Shown here in pieces: positions 30,601 to 42,200 of a stretch of 64,000 nt of DNA. The DNA comes from Candidatus Marinacidobacterales bacterium (GTDB taxonomy: Bacteria; Acidobacteriota; Vicinamibacteria; Marinacidobacterales; SMYC01): NCBI GenBank assembly GCA_965237955.1, contig OZ250169.1:3968001-4032000 (forward strand), in the 5' to 3' direction. Each line of letters opens with the position of its first letter. Position 1 is the first letter of the stretch. The notes beneath the pieces are model-generated. The model was not told the origin of the DNA, made no database searches, and was given only the letters and a program-made list of their open reading frames with translations. The position numbers were made by a program, and so were the translations under genes.

Positions 30601-30741
30601 GATCTCAGTTAGGGTGCGGAGGGGTTCTGAGCGGCGCGAGAACTCCGTGTAAATCTTTGACTTCACAGGCGGACGGGTATTGACGAGGGACAGGGGAGAT
30701 GCCAGTTGACGAACGGTTAGTGGCGGGGTAACGATGCGCAG

Positions 30742-32566
30742 ATGATGGCCTTCGTGTTTTTGTCGTTACTCTCGACCGTCGCGCCTTTCGACGTCGTTCA
30801 GTCCGAGCACAGCCTGATGATCCCCATGCGCGACGGTGAGCGGCTCGCGACGGACGTTTTTCGCCCCGCGCGCGACGGACAAGTCCTCGACGAGAAGCTT
30901 CCGGTGCTTCTCCAACGCACGCCGTACGACAAGACGGGGCGATCGCTCGTGGAGCGGGCCAAGTATTTCGCTTCGCACGGCTACGTCGTGGCGCTTCAGG
31001 ATCTGCGGGGCACCTACGCGTCCGAGGGCGAGTTCACGAAGTACATTGGCGAAGGTCAGGACGGCTACGACGCCATCGAGTACCTCGCGAAGCTTCCTTA
31101 CAGCAATGGCCAGGTGGGCATGTGGGGAACGTCGTACGCCGCTCACGTTCAGGCGAACGCCACGAAGCTGAGACCACCTCACCTCGCCGCGATCGTTCTC
31201 AACATGGGCGGCATGTCGAACGGCTGGGACCACAAGATTCGCAATCACGGCGCTTTCGAGCTGCAGCAGCTCACGTGGGCGTTCCGTCAGCTCCACAACG
31301 AGACGAAGGACCCCATCGTGAAAAAAAGCCTCGAGCTCGAGCCGGTGGACAAGTGGCTCTATGCGCTCCCGCTGAGAAAGGGCCTCAACCCTCTGTCCGT
31401 CGCGCCCAACTTCGAGGACTACATCCTCACGATGATGAGAAGCGGCGACTACGACGAGTACTGGCAGCACCACGACATCAACTGGCAGGAGCACTACGAC
31501 GAGACGGCGGACATCCCGATGGTACTCGTGTCGGGCTGGTACGATTCCTACGCGGGCGGAACCGTTTCAAACTACGTCGAGCTCGAGAAAAGGCTGACGT
31601 CACCCGTGTCCCTCGTCATGGGTCCCTGGACTCACGGCGGCAACACCCGGAGCTATGCCGGCTACGTTTCGTTCGGTGAAGCCGCTGCGGTTTCCGACTT
31701 CCATGACGCGTTCCATCTGAGGTGGTTCGATCGCGTCTTGAAGGGCAAAACCACCGGCGATGCCGAGGCGCCCGTTCGCGTCTTCGTGATGGGAACGGGC
31801 GACGGCCACCGAGACGAAGACGGCCGCATGTTCCACGGTGGGTACTGGCGGGACACCGATTCGTGGCCGCTGCCAGGAACACGGGAGGCCCGTTTCTATT
31901 TCCGCGCGGACGGGTCGCTGTCGGAGAGCCCGCCTCGTCGCGCCGTCGCGCCCACGACCTATACGTTCGACCCCGAAGACCCGGTGCCGACCATCGGCGG
32001 TGCGTTCTCGAGCACGAGCCCGGTGTTCGAGCCGGGCGCCTACGACCAGCGCGAAACGGAAGCGATCTTCGGGGCGAAGGAGCCTTACCTTCCGCTCGCG
32101 GCGCGACCCGACGTGGTGGCCTTCCAGACCGCGCCTCTCGACGAGGCGGTCGAGGTCGTTGGGCCGATTGTCGTAAAGCTCTATGTTTCATCGACCGCGG
32201 TCGACACCGATTTCACCGTCAAGCTCGTGGACGTTCATCCACCTTCGGAGGACTACCCGCGAGGTTTCGCCATGAACCTCACGGACGGTATTCTCAGAAC
32301 GCGCTATCGGAGCTCGGCGGAACGCCAGGAGCTCATGACGCCGGACGAGGTTTACGAAATCACGGTGGAGCCTTTTCCCACTGCGAACGTTTTCGGCAAA
32401 GGTCACCGCATCCGGCTCGACGTATCGAGCAGCAACTTCCCGCGGTTCGACGTGAACCCCAACACGGGCGAGCCGCTCGGCGCCCATCGACGCTCAATGT
32501 CCGCGGACAACGCCATCTATCACGACGACGCCCACCCCTCGCACGTCGTGCTGCCCATCGTGCCTG
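30742..32566 (+). CDS. CocE/NonD family hydrolase; native stop removed by IS5
   Basis: 'RTPYDK', 'WGTSY', 'GWYD', 'GPWTH', 'SSSNFPRFDVNPNTG', 'SHVVLPIVP' then the IS TIR. Confidence 0.88.
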
Positions 32567-33088
32567 TGCCTTGGTGCACAACTCGCGATCTCGGTCCACA
32601 ATTGTCCTTTACTCACGGATTCGAGGTTCCCCATGAGCATTTTCAAACGCACTCAGCGGAAGTATGTGAAGAAGGCCTATCGCGTGAGGAATTGGCGTGA
32701 ATATGAGGCGGGTCTACGCAACCGTGGGAGCCTGACCGTCTGGATCTCGCTCACCGCCGGCAAGCTTGTGAACTGGGACGCGCCCCGGCCGAGGAGGAGG
32801 AAACCGGGCCGTCAACGCAAGTACTCGAACCACGCCATCGAGACGGCTGTCACCCTGGGCATGGTGTTTCATCTGTCATCTAGGCAGAGCGAGGGATTAC
32901 TGCGATCGTTGTTCGCTCTGATGAAGCTAGACAATGATGTGCCCGATCACACCACGATCTCGAGGCGCAAGGCGAAGCTGGGTAAGGTCCCCTTCTACCA
33001 AGACAAGCAGAAGACGCCGTTGCACATCTTGATCGACAGCAGCGGTCTCGCTGTCCACGCCGGCCAGCTGCGCAGAGCACCAAAGAGC
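32567..33088 (+). mobile_element. IS5-family copy 3, 5' half only
   Basis: TIR at 32567; transposase broken at 'RRAPKS' by copy 4. Confidence 0.92.
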
Positions 33089-34175
33089 TGCCTTGGTGCA
33101 CAACTCCGATAGAGGCCGAGAGCTCGCTTGGCCCCGACTCCCATCATCCGATCATCTCGCTATCAGGCATCCCGAGCGCCGTCATCGTGTTGAGAATCTT
33201 GCACCCGATCCTTGCCCCGACTCTCTGTGCCGCCAACCCTCTCGCTCGCATCGCTGAGCCCACGATAGCCTTGTAGCGATGGAACGTTGTCTCGACTTTG
33301 CTCCGTTTGCTGTAGCCCGATTCTGTGTGCCACTTTCGTTTGCCGAGCCGAGCTTGTGCTGCAATGTTGCGATTGCGCTGTCGGCTGCTCGCCGGCCCCG
33401 ATGCGAGCTGGGCGCCCTTGCGCGGCGGTATCAGCACCCTCGGCGAGCAATGAGCGCTGTGATTCTCGATTGCCTCATAGACGCCGCCGGCGTCGTATGC
33501 GGTGTCAGCTCTGGCAGATGAGATGGGACTGTCGATCTGTCCGACAAGCGATGCAACCCGCGATGAATCGCGGGCTCTTTTGCTCGTCAGCTCGCCGGCG
33601 ACGACTTCGCCACTCTGCTCGTCGACACACAGATGGAGCTTGCGATAGTCCCTGCTCTTTGGTGCTCTGCGCAGCTGGCCGGCGTGGACAGCGAGACCGC
33701 TGCTGTCGATCAAGATGTGCAACGGCGTCTTCTGCTTGTCTTGGTAGAAGGGGACCTTACCCAGCTTCGCCTTGCGCCTCGAGATCGTGGTGTGATCGGG
33801 CACATCATTGTCTAGCTTCATCAGAGCGAACAACGATCGCAGCAATCCCTCGCTCTGCCTAGATGACAGATGAAACACCATGCCCAGGGTGACAGCCGTC
33901 TCGATGGCGTGGTTCGAGTACTTGCGTTGACGGCCCGGTTTCCTCCTCCTCGGCCGGGGCGCGTCCCAGTTCACAAGCTTGCCGGCGGTGAGCGAGATCC
34001 AGACGGTCAGGCTCCCACGGTTGCGTAGACCCGCCTCATATTCACGCCAATTCCTCACGCGATAGGCCTTCTTCACATACTTCCGCTGAGTGCGTTTGAA
34101 AATGCTCATGGGGAACCTCGAATCCGTGAGTAAAGGACAATTGTGGACCGAGATCGCGAGTTGTGCACCAAGGCA
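33089..34175 (-). mobile_element. IS5-family copy 4; transposase 33144-34109
   Basis: 1087 bp with both TIRs; 321-aa ORF. Confidence 0.95.
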
Positions 34176-34267
34176 CCGGCTCGGTGGTGACCGCGGTCAG
34201 CTCGACAACGAAGAGCACCCGCTACCGCCGCCCGGACCGCAGCTCAAGTGCCCGGTATGCGTGAAGG

Positions 34268-35911
34268 TTACCGAGTAACCGCACCCTCCGACGCCGACGC
34301 CACCAGCTTCGCGTACTTGGCGAGCACACCTTTGTTGTAACGTGACTCACGAATCTCGAGCGAGTCGCGGCGCGCTTCGAGATCGGCATCGACGTCGAGC
34401 CGCCGCGCATCCACGTCAAGAGTGATGGTGTCGCCGTCTTGGACGAGTGCGATCGGGCCGGAATCCGCCGCCTCGGGCACGATGTGCCCGACCATGAATC
34501 CATGCGTCGCGCCGCTGAAGCGGCCATCGGTGATGAGCGCGACGTCATCGCCAAGACCTTGTCCAATGAGCGCGGCGGTGACACCGAGCATCTCCCGCAT
34601 GCCGGGACCACCCTTGGGACCTTCGTAGCGGATCACGACGACGTCACCCGCGACGATCTTCTTGTCTTGAACCGCGGCGAACGCGTCTTCCTCGCAGTCG
34701 AAGACTCGAGCCGGGCCCGAATGCTTCACCCGATCATGGCCGGCAAGCTTGACGACCGAGCCGCCCGGCGCGAGCGAACCGCGTAGGATCGCAATGCCGC
34801 CCCGAGGTTTGATGGGCTGGTCGAGCGCACGGATGACTTCCTGACCGGTGCTCTCGGCTGCTGATTCCGCTTCCTCTCTCAGCGTTTTGCCCGTCACCGT
34901 CAGCTCGTCGTTCACGTAGCCGCCGTCGAACAACCGCTTCGCGAGAAGCCGCAGCCCGCCGGCGCGATCGACGTCGGGTGCGGTGAAACGGCCGCCCGGC
35001 TTCAGGTCAGCGAGGACAGGAGTTTTCTCCGAGATGCGGTCGAAGTCGTCGATCGAAAGATCCACCTCGGCTTCCCTCGCGATCGCGAGCAAATGCAACA
35101 CTCCGTTCGTCGACCCCGCCGTCGCGGCGACCGATGCGATGGCATTCTCGAGCCCCGTCCGCGTGATGATCTTGCGCGCCGTGGTTCCGTCTTCGACGAG
35201 CTTCATCACCAGCTCGCCGCACCGATAGGCCGCTGGTCCCTTGCGCTCGTCGACGGCCGGGATATCGTTGGCACCCATCGGTGAGATGCCCAAAAACGTC
35301 ATGGCTGTCGACATCGTGTTCGCGGTGAACTGCCCGCCGCACGCTCCCGCACCCGGGCAAGCCACGTCTTCGAGAGAACGCAGCTCTTTGTCGGTGATGA
35401 GCCCCGCGGCGCAAGCGCCCACCGCTTCGAACACGTCCTGGATAGTGACGTCTTTGTCCCGGAAGCGGCCCGGCATGATGGAGCCGCCGTAAAGCATCAG
35501 CGACGGCAGGTCGAGCCGCACGAGGGCCATGACCGTTCCCGGGATCGTCTTGTCGCATCCGGAGAGCGCCACGACGCCGTCCATCATGTGCCCGTTCACG
35601 ACGAGCTCGATCGAATCCGCCACGATTTCACGTGACACGAGTGAAGCGCGCATGCCTTCCGAGCCCATGGCAATGCCGTCGGAAACCGTGATCGTGTTGA
35701 ACTCGATGGGCGTTCCGCCCGCGGCACGGATGCCTTTCTTCACGTGAACGGCGAGATCCCGCAGGTGCACGTTGCACGGCGTGACTTCGCTCCAGGTGTT
35801 GGCCACACCGATGAGCGGCTTTTCCAGATCCGCGTCGGTGAGCCCCATGGCTTTGAACATCGCCCGCGCAGGAGCGCGCGAGGCACCTTTTTTGATGGCG
35901 TCGCTTCTCAT
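34268..35911 (-). CDS. ilvD: Dihydroxy-acid dehydratase
   Basis: 'TPCNVHL', 'SDGIAMG', 'GCDKT', '[12 protein letters not shown]', '[12 protein letters not shown]', 'TDGRFSG'. Confidence 0.95.
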   Translation of the reverse strand: MRSDAIKKGASRAPARAMFKAMGLTDADLEKPLIGVANTWSEVTPCNVHLRDLAVHVKKGIRAAGGTPIEFNTITVSDGIAMGSEGMRASLVSREIVADSIELVVNGHMMDGVVALSGCDKTIPGTVMALVRLDLPSLMLYGGSIMPGRFRDKDVTIQDVFEAVGACAAGLITDKELRSLEDVACPGAGACGGQFTANTMSTAMTFLGISPMGANDIPAVDERKGPAAYRCGELVMKLVEDGTTARKIITRTGLENAIASVAATAGSTNGVLHLLAIAREAEVDLSIDDFDRISEKTPVLADLKPGGRFTAPDVDRAGGLRLLAKRLFDGGYVNDELTVTGKTLREEAESAAESTGQEVIRALDQPIKPRGGIAILRGSLAPGGSVVKLAGHDRVKHSGPARVFDCEEDAFAAVQDKKIVAGDVVVIRYEGPKGGPGMREMLGVTAALIGQGLGDDVALITDGRFSGATHGFMVGHIVPEAADSGPIALVQDGDTITLDVDARRLDVDADLEARRDSLEIRESRYNKGVLAKYAKLVASASEGAVTR

Positions 35912-36021
35912 GGTCTTTTGAGCTCCAGGAGGATTCATGACAAACTTCTATCACAAACTCATGATTTCGGCCGGAGGGAATAAATTCTGCGTTGCGACGT
36001 AGTTCTATAGTTCGGGGCGAA

Positions 36022-36633
36022 ATGCACGAAACGCATGGACAGGTTCGAGCTCTATCAACGGCGCGCCTTCTCCTCGTCCCGGCCCTCATCACGTTGGCGC
36101 TCACCCAGCTGCGCCTAACCGGCGATTTACTAGGCATTTCGGGGTTCGGACCCTATGAAATCGCCTGGCTCGTGCCTATTTTCGGGGCCTATTTCGCCTT
36201 GCACCTGGCCAAGGCCGGGGAAACGGCGCCGCTCCCGGGGAGCCTCTTCAAGAACTCTCTCTTGCCGATGGGGCTCTTCGGCGCAGGCCTTTTGCTGTTC
36301 CACCCCACATCGGGAGGTATGGCCGCAGTCTCGCTCGTCGCCATCGTGTTGATCCGCCGCGCCTGGCCGCGTCTCGGCACCCTGCTCCTGGGCTACGCCC
36401 TCGCCGCCCGGCTGCCCGTCATCATCACGATGCTCGGAGCGACGCTGAACGGGTGGGAAACGGTCTACGACGTGTCGCCCTACAGCGTCCTGGCGGGGCT
36501 CCTCCCCCAACTCACGGTCTGGATCGGTTTCACCGTCGTCGCTGGAAGCTTGGCGGGCTCGATCGCCCTGGCGCTCCGGGGCTGGCTGCGGGACGAGACC
36601 GATCCGTTCGGCGGCTCGGCAGCCACACGCTAG
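36022..36633 (+). CDS. Hypothetical multi-pass membrane protein
   Basis: About 6 hydrophobic segments. Confidence 0.65.
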   Translation: MHETHGQVRALSTARLLLVPALITLALTQLRLTGDLLGISGFGPYEIAWLVPIFGAYFALHLAKAGETAPLPGSLFKNSLLPMGLFGAGLLLFHPTSGGMAAVSLVAIVLIRRAWPRLGTLLLGYALAARLPVIITMLGATLNGWETVYDVSPYSVLAGLLPQLTVWIGFTVVAGSLAGSIALALRGWLRDETDPFGGSAATR

Positions 36634-36741
36634 CCTGCGCACACGCGTGCGCAGCCACTCCCGAGCCCGCCCGTTGAGCTTGTCCCCCTCTCGAGCGACG
36701 GATATCATGCGTTCCGTCGTTACCTTCAAGGGGAGTCCAAT

Positions 36742-39159
36742 TTGCAACCCACAAACTCCACTCTTTTCGCGCTCGTTCTCGTTTTCCTCTCCTCGCTGGC
36801 GAAGGCCGATGAGCGTCTCGGCATCCCCGGCTTGAAAGCCGACGTCGAGATCCTCACCGACCGCTGGGGCGTCGATCACATCTACGCCGAGAACGAGCAC
36901 GACTTGTTCTTCGCGCAGGGTTACGCCGACGCTCGAAACCGTCTCTTTCAGTTCGAGCTCTGGCGCCGCCAAGCGACGGGAACGGTCGCGGAGATCCTCG
37001 GACGACGCGAGCTCGACCGGGACATCGGAACGCGGCTTCACATGTTCCGCAAGGACATGAGCCAGGAGCTCGCGCACTACCACCCGCGCGGCGAGCTCAT
37101 CATCAATTCCCACGTCGATGGCATCAACGCCTATATCGAGGAGACTGAGCGCAATCCGGGTCTTCTGCCGATGGAGCTCGAGCTCCTCGGGATCAAGCCC
37201 GGCAAGTGGACGCCCGCGGTGGTGATCTCGCGACACCAAGGACTTCTATCAAACGTAACGACCGAGCTCCGTCTCGGCCAAGCGGTCGCCGCGATTGGCG
37301 CGGAGAACGTCAGAGAGCTCGACTGGTTCCGCCCCGGCGATCCCGTGCTCGAGCTCGACCCCGCCATCGATGGAAGGCTTTTAACGGACGACATCCTGCA
37401 CTACTACCGTGCGTTTCGTCGCTCCGTCCAGTTCGAGCCGAGCGACATCGTGGCGGCCTATCGAAGCGAGCCCGCGTCGTACGAGCGTTTGGCCGCGGCG
37501 ACGCGCCAAAGCATCTCGACGGGTGACGGCACCGATGGCACCGGTTCCAACAACTGGGTCGTGAGCGGACGCTACACGCAGTCGGGCTACCCGTACATCG
37601 TCAACGACCCTCATCGGAATCTCAACGCGCCCTCGCTTCGGTACTTCGTTCAACTCCACGCCCCCGGTTGGAACGTGATCGGCGGCGGCGAACCGGCCTT
37701 GCCTGGTATTTCGATTGGGCATAACGAGTACGGCGGCTGGGGGCTGACCGTTTTCGGTCAGGACAACGAAGACCTCTACGTCTATGATACGAACCCGTCC
37801 AATCCGAACCAGTATCGCTACCTCGGCGGCTGGGAGGACATGCGCATCATCGAAGAGACCATCGCGATCCAAGGTGAGTCTCCGGAGACGGTCGAGCTCA
37901 AGTACACGCGTCACGGACCCGTTCTTTACGAAGATCGCACGAACCACAAAGCGTACGCACTCCGAGCGGCGTGGATGGAGATTGGAAACTCTCCCTATCT
38001 CGCAAGTCTGCGCATGAATCAGGCGACGACCTGGGAAGAGTTCGTCGAAGCGTGCTCCTATAGCCGCATGCCCGCCGAGAACATGATCTGGGGCGACGTG
38101 AACAAGAACATCGGCTATCAGGCCGTGGGCATCTCCCCCATTCGTCCCAACTGGAGCGGGCTCGTGCCGGTACCCGGAGACGGGCGCTACGAATGGGAGG
38201 GATATCTGCCTATCAACGCGCTCCCGAGCGTGAAGAATCCCGAGAGAGGTTACTGGGCCACTGCCAATAACTACATGGTGCCCGACGACTATCCATATCC
38301 AACGGCGCTCCATTACACCTGGGGCGACGAGATGCGAGGGCTTCGCGCGGATGAGCTCTTATCGTCCGGGCGCCGGTTCACGATCGTGGACATGATGCAG
38401 TTCCAGCATGATGAGCTTTCGATCCCGGCGCGATCGATTGTGCCCTTGCTCGAGCACGTCGAGCTGACGAGCGCGCTCGATCAAAAAGCAGCGGTTGCGC
38501 TCTCCGATTGGGACTTCGTTCTCGATAAGAGCTCGACCGCTGCGGCCATCTACGTCAGCTTCGAGAGGCGCCTTCTCGAGAACGTGCGGAACACCGTGGT
38601 TCCGGAAGAAGCTCGTGCACTCATCCCGAGGATGAACAAGAAGCGCGTCATCGACTGGCTCGTCGCCCCCGACGGCCGCTTCGGCGATGATCCGATCGCG
38701 GGCCGCAACGAGATCCTGCGTCAGAGCCTGTCGGAAGGCGTCGCCGACCTCGTCGAACGGCTCGGCCCGGACAGGTTGCACTGGCAATACGGACAAGAAA
38801 AGTTCAAGCACGTTCTCATCCACCATCCTTTGAGCCCCGCAGTCGACGATGACACGCGCGCGATGCTCGATGTCGGTCCGGCGCCACAGGGCGGGTACGA
38901 TTCCACGCTCAACAACACAGGGGCGGGAGACAACCAGACCGGAGGTCCAAGCTTCCGCGTCATCCTCGATGCGGCGAATTGGGACAACTCCGTTGCCACG
39001 AACGCGCCCGGGCAGTCGGGTGATCCGAGAAGCCCCCACTACTGCGATCTTTTCGATCTCTGGATCGACCACCAGTACTTTCCGCTCTTCTACACGCGAG
39101 CCAAGATCGAGTCGGTCACCGAATCCCGTCTCGTGCTCGAGCCCGCAACCGATCACTAG
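36742..39159 (+). CDS. Penicillin acylase family Ntn-hydrolase (S45)
   Basis: 'DRWGVDHIYA', 'GSNNWVV', 'NDPH', 'PGQSG'. Confidence 0.92.
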   Translation: MQPTNSTLFALVLVFLSSLAKADERLGIPGLKADVEILTDRWGVDHIYAENEHDLFFAQGYADARNRLFQFELWRRQATGTVAEILGRRELDRDIGTRLHMFRKDMSQELAHYHPRGELIINSHVDGINAYIEETERNPGLLPMELELLGIKPGKWTPAVVISRHQGLLSNVTTELRLGQAVAAIGAENVRELDWFRPGDPVLELDPAIDGRLLTDDILHYYRAFRRSVQFEPSDIVAAYRSEPASYERLAAATRQSISTGDGTDGTGSNNWVVSGRYTQSGYPYIVNDPHRNLNAPSLRYFVQLHAPGWNVIGGGEPALPGISIGHNEYGGWGLTVFGQDNEDLYVYDTNPSNPNQYRYLGGWEDMRIIEETIAIQGESPETVELKYTRHGPVLYEDRTNHKAYALRAAWMEIGNSPYLASLRMNQATTWEEFVEACSYSRMPAENMIWGDVNKNIGYQAVGISPIRPNWSGLVPVPGDGRYEWEGYLPINALPSVKNPERGYWATANNYMVPDDYPYPTALHYTWGDEMRGLRADELLSSGRRFTIVDMMQFQHDELSIPARSIVPLLEHVELTSALDQKAAVALSDWDFVLDKSSTAAAIYVSFERRLLENVRNTVVPEEARALIPRMNKKRVIDWLVAPDGRFGDDPIAGRNEILRQSLSEGVADLVERLGPDRLHWQYGQEKFKHVLIHHPLSPAVDDDTRAMLDVGPAPQGGYDSTLNNTGAGDNQTGGPSFRVILDAANWDNSVATNAPGQSGDPRSPHYCDLFDLWIDHQYFPLFYTRAKIESVTESRLVLEPATDH

Positions 39160-41196
39160 ATGCCCACGGCCCCCGTCGCCAAAAAAGTCCCGCGGAAGCT
39201 CGAAGCACACGGCGACGTCCGCGAGGATCCTTACTACTGGCTCAACCAACGCGAAGACCCCGAGGTCATCGCCTACCTCGAGGCGGAGAACGAGTACACG
39301 CGCTCGGTGATGGCCCACACCGAAAAGCTCCAGGAGACGCTCTTCGAAGAAATCAAAGGGCGACTCGATCCCGTTGACAGCTCGGTTCCCTACCGCAAAG
39401 ACGATTTCTACTATTACTACCGCTTCGAAGAGGGCAAGGAGTACGCGATCCACTGCCGCAAACGCGGCTCTCTCGACGCTGACGAGGAAATCCTCGCGAA
39501 CGGGAACGCCCTGTCCGAAGGTCACGAGTATTTCTCGCTGCACGTCTCCGGTGTGAGCGTCGACCACAACCTTCTCGCGTACGCGATCGACACGAAAGGC
39601 CGCCGCATCTACGACATTTATTTCAAGACCCTCGGGACCGGCAAGCTTCTCGACGACGTGATCGGAGACGTCACCGGAAGCGTGGCGTGGGCCAGCGACA
39701 ACCAGACGGTCTTCTATTCCAAGCAACACCCCGAGACCCTGCGCGCCCACCAGGTGTACCGGCATCGCCTCGGAACGGACCCTGCGAACGACGTTCTCGT
39801 GTTCGAGGAAACCGATGAGACGTTCCACGTCGACGTGTTCAAAACGAAGTCGAAACGTTTCATCATGATTTCCTCCGATCAGACGCTCACGAGCGAATAC
39901 CGGTTCTTGCCGGCCGACGAGCCGGACGGCGATTTTCGAGTGCTGCAGCCGCGGGAGCGCAAACACGAGTACTCGGCGAGCCACTTCGAAGACCACTTCT
40001 TCATCCTCACCAACGACGACGCCGTGAATTTCCGGCTCATGAAAACGCCGGTCAACAAGCCGGGCAAAGAGCACTGGGAAGAAGTCATCCCTCACCGCGC
40101 CGATGTCCTGCTCGAAACGTTCGCGATGTTTCGTGACTACCTCGTGCTCGTCGAACGACACGAGGGTCTGCGGAAGATTCGCATCCGGCCTTGGGACGGC
40201 TCCGACGAGCATTATCTGGAGTTCGATGAGCCGGCGTACTACGCGTACCTGACGCAGAACGTCGAGTTCGACACGACCCTATTGCGGTTCGCGTATACGT
40301 CGATGACCGTACCGCGATCGACGTATGACCACGACATGAAGACCCGAGAGAGAACGCTTCTGAAGCAGGACAAAGTTCTCGGGGACTTCGACCAGAGCCG
40401 CTACGTCACCGAGCGGCTCGCGGTGAGGGCCGAAGACGGCGTCTCGGTCCCAATCTCTCTCGTCTATCGAAAAGACACCGAGCTCGATGGCAACGCGCCG
40501 CTCTTGCTCTACGGCTACGGCTCCTACGGCATCAGTATGGAAGCGACGTTCGCGGCGGCGCGGCTCAGCCTTCTCGACCGCGGCTTCGTGTACGCGATCG
40601 CTCACATCCGAGGAGGTGAGGATCTCGGCCGGCCGTGGTACGACCACGGCAAGCTTCTCGAGAAGAAGCACACGTTCACCGATTTCATTGCCTGTGCCGA
40701 GCACCTCATCGCGAAAGGTTACGCGGACCGCAAACGACTCTTCGCCTCGGGTGGAAGCGCCGGCGGGCTCTTGATGGGGGTGGTCATAAACTTGCGGCCC
40801 GAGCTCTTCTCGGGGATCGTCGCCGAAGTTCCGTTCGTCGACGTCGTCACCACGATGCTCGACGACACCATTCCTCTCACGACCGGTGAGTACGACGAAT
40901 GGGGCAACCCGAACGACAAGAAGTTCTACGACTACATCCTGTCGTACTCGCCCTACGACAACGTCGAGCCGAAGGCTTACCCTAATCTTCTCGTAACAAC
41001 AGGTCTTCACGACTCCCAGGTTCAATATTGGGAGCCCGCGAAGTGGGTCGCCAAACTGCGCGCGATGAAAACCGACGACAACCGTTTGGTGATGAAAACG
41101 AACATGGACGCCGGGCACGGCGGCGCCTCGGGCCGCTTCAAGCGGTATCGCGAGACGGCGCTCGCCTACGCGTTCCTGCTCGATTTGGTGAAATGA
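39160..41196 (+). CDS. ptrB: Oligopeptidase B (S9A)
   Basis: 'DPYYWL', 'YGYGSYG', 'GGSAGG', 'EYDEWGNP', 'DSQVQYWEPAKWVAKLR', 'AGHGG'. Confidence 0.93.
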   Translation: MPTAPVAKKVPRKLEAHGDVREDPYYWLNQREDPEVIAYLEAENEYTRSVMAHTEKLQETLFEEIKGRLDPVDSSVPYRKDDFYYYYRFEEGKEYAIHCRKRGSLDADEEILANGNALSEGHEYFSLHVSGVSVDHNLLAYAIDTKGRRIYDIYFKTLGTGKLLDDVIGDVTGSVAWASDNQTVFYSKQHPETLRAHQVYRHRLGTDPANDVLVFEETDETFHVDVFKTKSKRFIMISSDQTLTSEYRFLPADEPDGDFRVLQPRERKHEYSASHFEDHFFILTNDDAVNFRLMKTPVNKPGKEHWEEVIPHRADVLLETFAMFRDYLVLVERHEGLRKIRIRPWDGSDEHYLEFDEPAYYAYLTQNVEFDTTLLRFAYTSMTVPRSTYDHDMKTRERTLLKQDKVLGDFDQSRYVTERLAVRAEDGVSVPISLVYRKDTELDGNAPLLLYGYGSYGISMEATFAAARLSLLDRGFVYAIAHIRGGEDLGRPWYDHGKLLEKKHTFTDFIACAEHLIAKGYADRKRLFASGGSAGGLLMGVVINLRPELFSGIVAEVPFVDVVTTMLDDTIPLTTGEYDEWGNPNDKKFYDYILSYSPYDNVEPKAYPNLLVTTGLHDSQVQYWEPAKWVAKLRAMKTDDNRLVMKTNMDAGHGGASGRFKRYRETALAYAFLLDLVK

Positions 41197-41564
41197 CTAT
41201 CGAGCCCGATCACGAACGCTACGTCAACCTCGCGACGTTGCGAAAAGACGGCACCGAAGTGAGAACGCCGGTCTGGATCGCCGCCGCCGAAGGCGTGCCT
41301 GTCGTCTACACGAACGCGACATCGTGGAAAGTAAAGCGAATCCGCAACAACGCACAAGTTCGCCTTGCACCATGCACCGCGCGCGGAGACATTCGCGGCG
41401 ACTGGGTGGACGCGACCGCACGGATCGTCGACGACGACGCGGGCCGCGACCGTGGCATCCAGGCTTTCGTCAAGAAATACGGCTGGCAAATGCGTCTAGC
41501 ACTTTTCATGTCGCGCCTTTCGGGCCGCTACGACGATAGAGCCATCATCGAGTTCGAGTTCTAG
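41193..41564 (+). CDS. PPOX-class F420-dependent oxidoreductase-like protein
   Basis: 'YVNLATLRKDG..TPVW', 'KVKRIRNN..VRLAPCTARG'. Confidence 0.8.
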   Translation: MTIEPDHERYVNLATLRKDGTEVRTPVWIAAAEGVPVVYTNATSWKVKRIRNNAQVRLAPCTARGDIRGDWVDATARIVDDDAGRDRGIQAFVKKYGWQMRLALFMSRLSGRYDDRAIIEFEF

Positions 41565-41721
41565 CATAATAATCAACTTGACATAACATTCCGATGGGCA
41601 GAGCGTTCTCCTCACGGTTTTCGAGGGCCATCGCCGGCTGCTTGACTCCGCGATCCAAAGCTCTCGACTCCCCGGAAGAGTCATCGGTTCCGTCCAAAGC
41701 GCCCGTCGACGACCGGGTATA

Positions 41722-42200
41722 ATGCCCGGCATCGTGCACAACGACCTGGTTCACGCCAACCAATTGCAAGCGAATCTCGGGCGTGAGGACTGGGCCATCG
41801 TCGACACGCGCTTTTATCTGCCGGAACCCGACCGGGGCGCTGCCGAATACGTCGAGGCCCACATCCCTGGTGCGATCTACGCGCATCTCGACCGCGATCT
41901 TTCCGGACCTCCAACTGGCACGAACGGACGTCACCCCATGCCGAGCGTCGAGCAGATGGTCGACCGCTTCTCGAAGTGGGGCATCGACGACGACGTTCAA
42001 GTCGTCGTCTACGACAACGCCGGCGGTCAGATCGCGTCGAGGCTCTGGTGGATGCTCCGTTATCTCGGCCACGACGCGGTGGCGGTGCTCGACGGCGGAC
42101 TACCGGTGTTCGGCAGAGAGCTACGCGGAGGACACGAGGAGCGCACGCCACGGAGCTTTACTCCGCAGGTGCAAGACGCCATGCGTATCGACATCGACGC
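41722..42200 (+). pseudogene. Two-domain rhodanese/sulfurtransferase truncated by IS5
   Basis: 'HIPGAIY', 'GRHPMP', 'RLWWMLRYLGH..LDGG'; second, catalytic domain missing. Confidence 0.85.
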
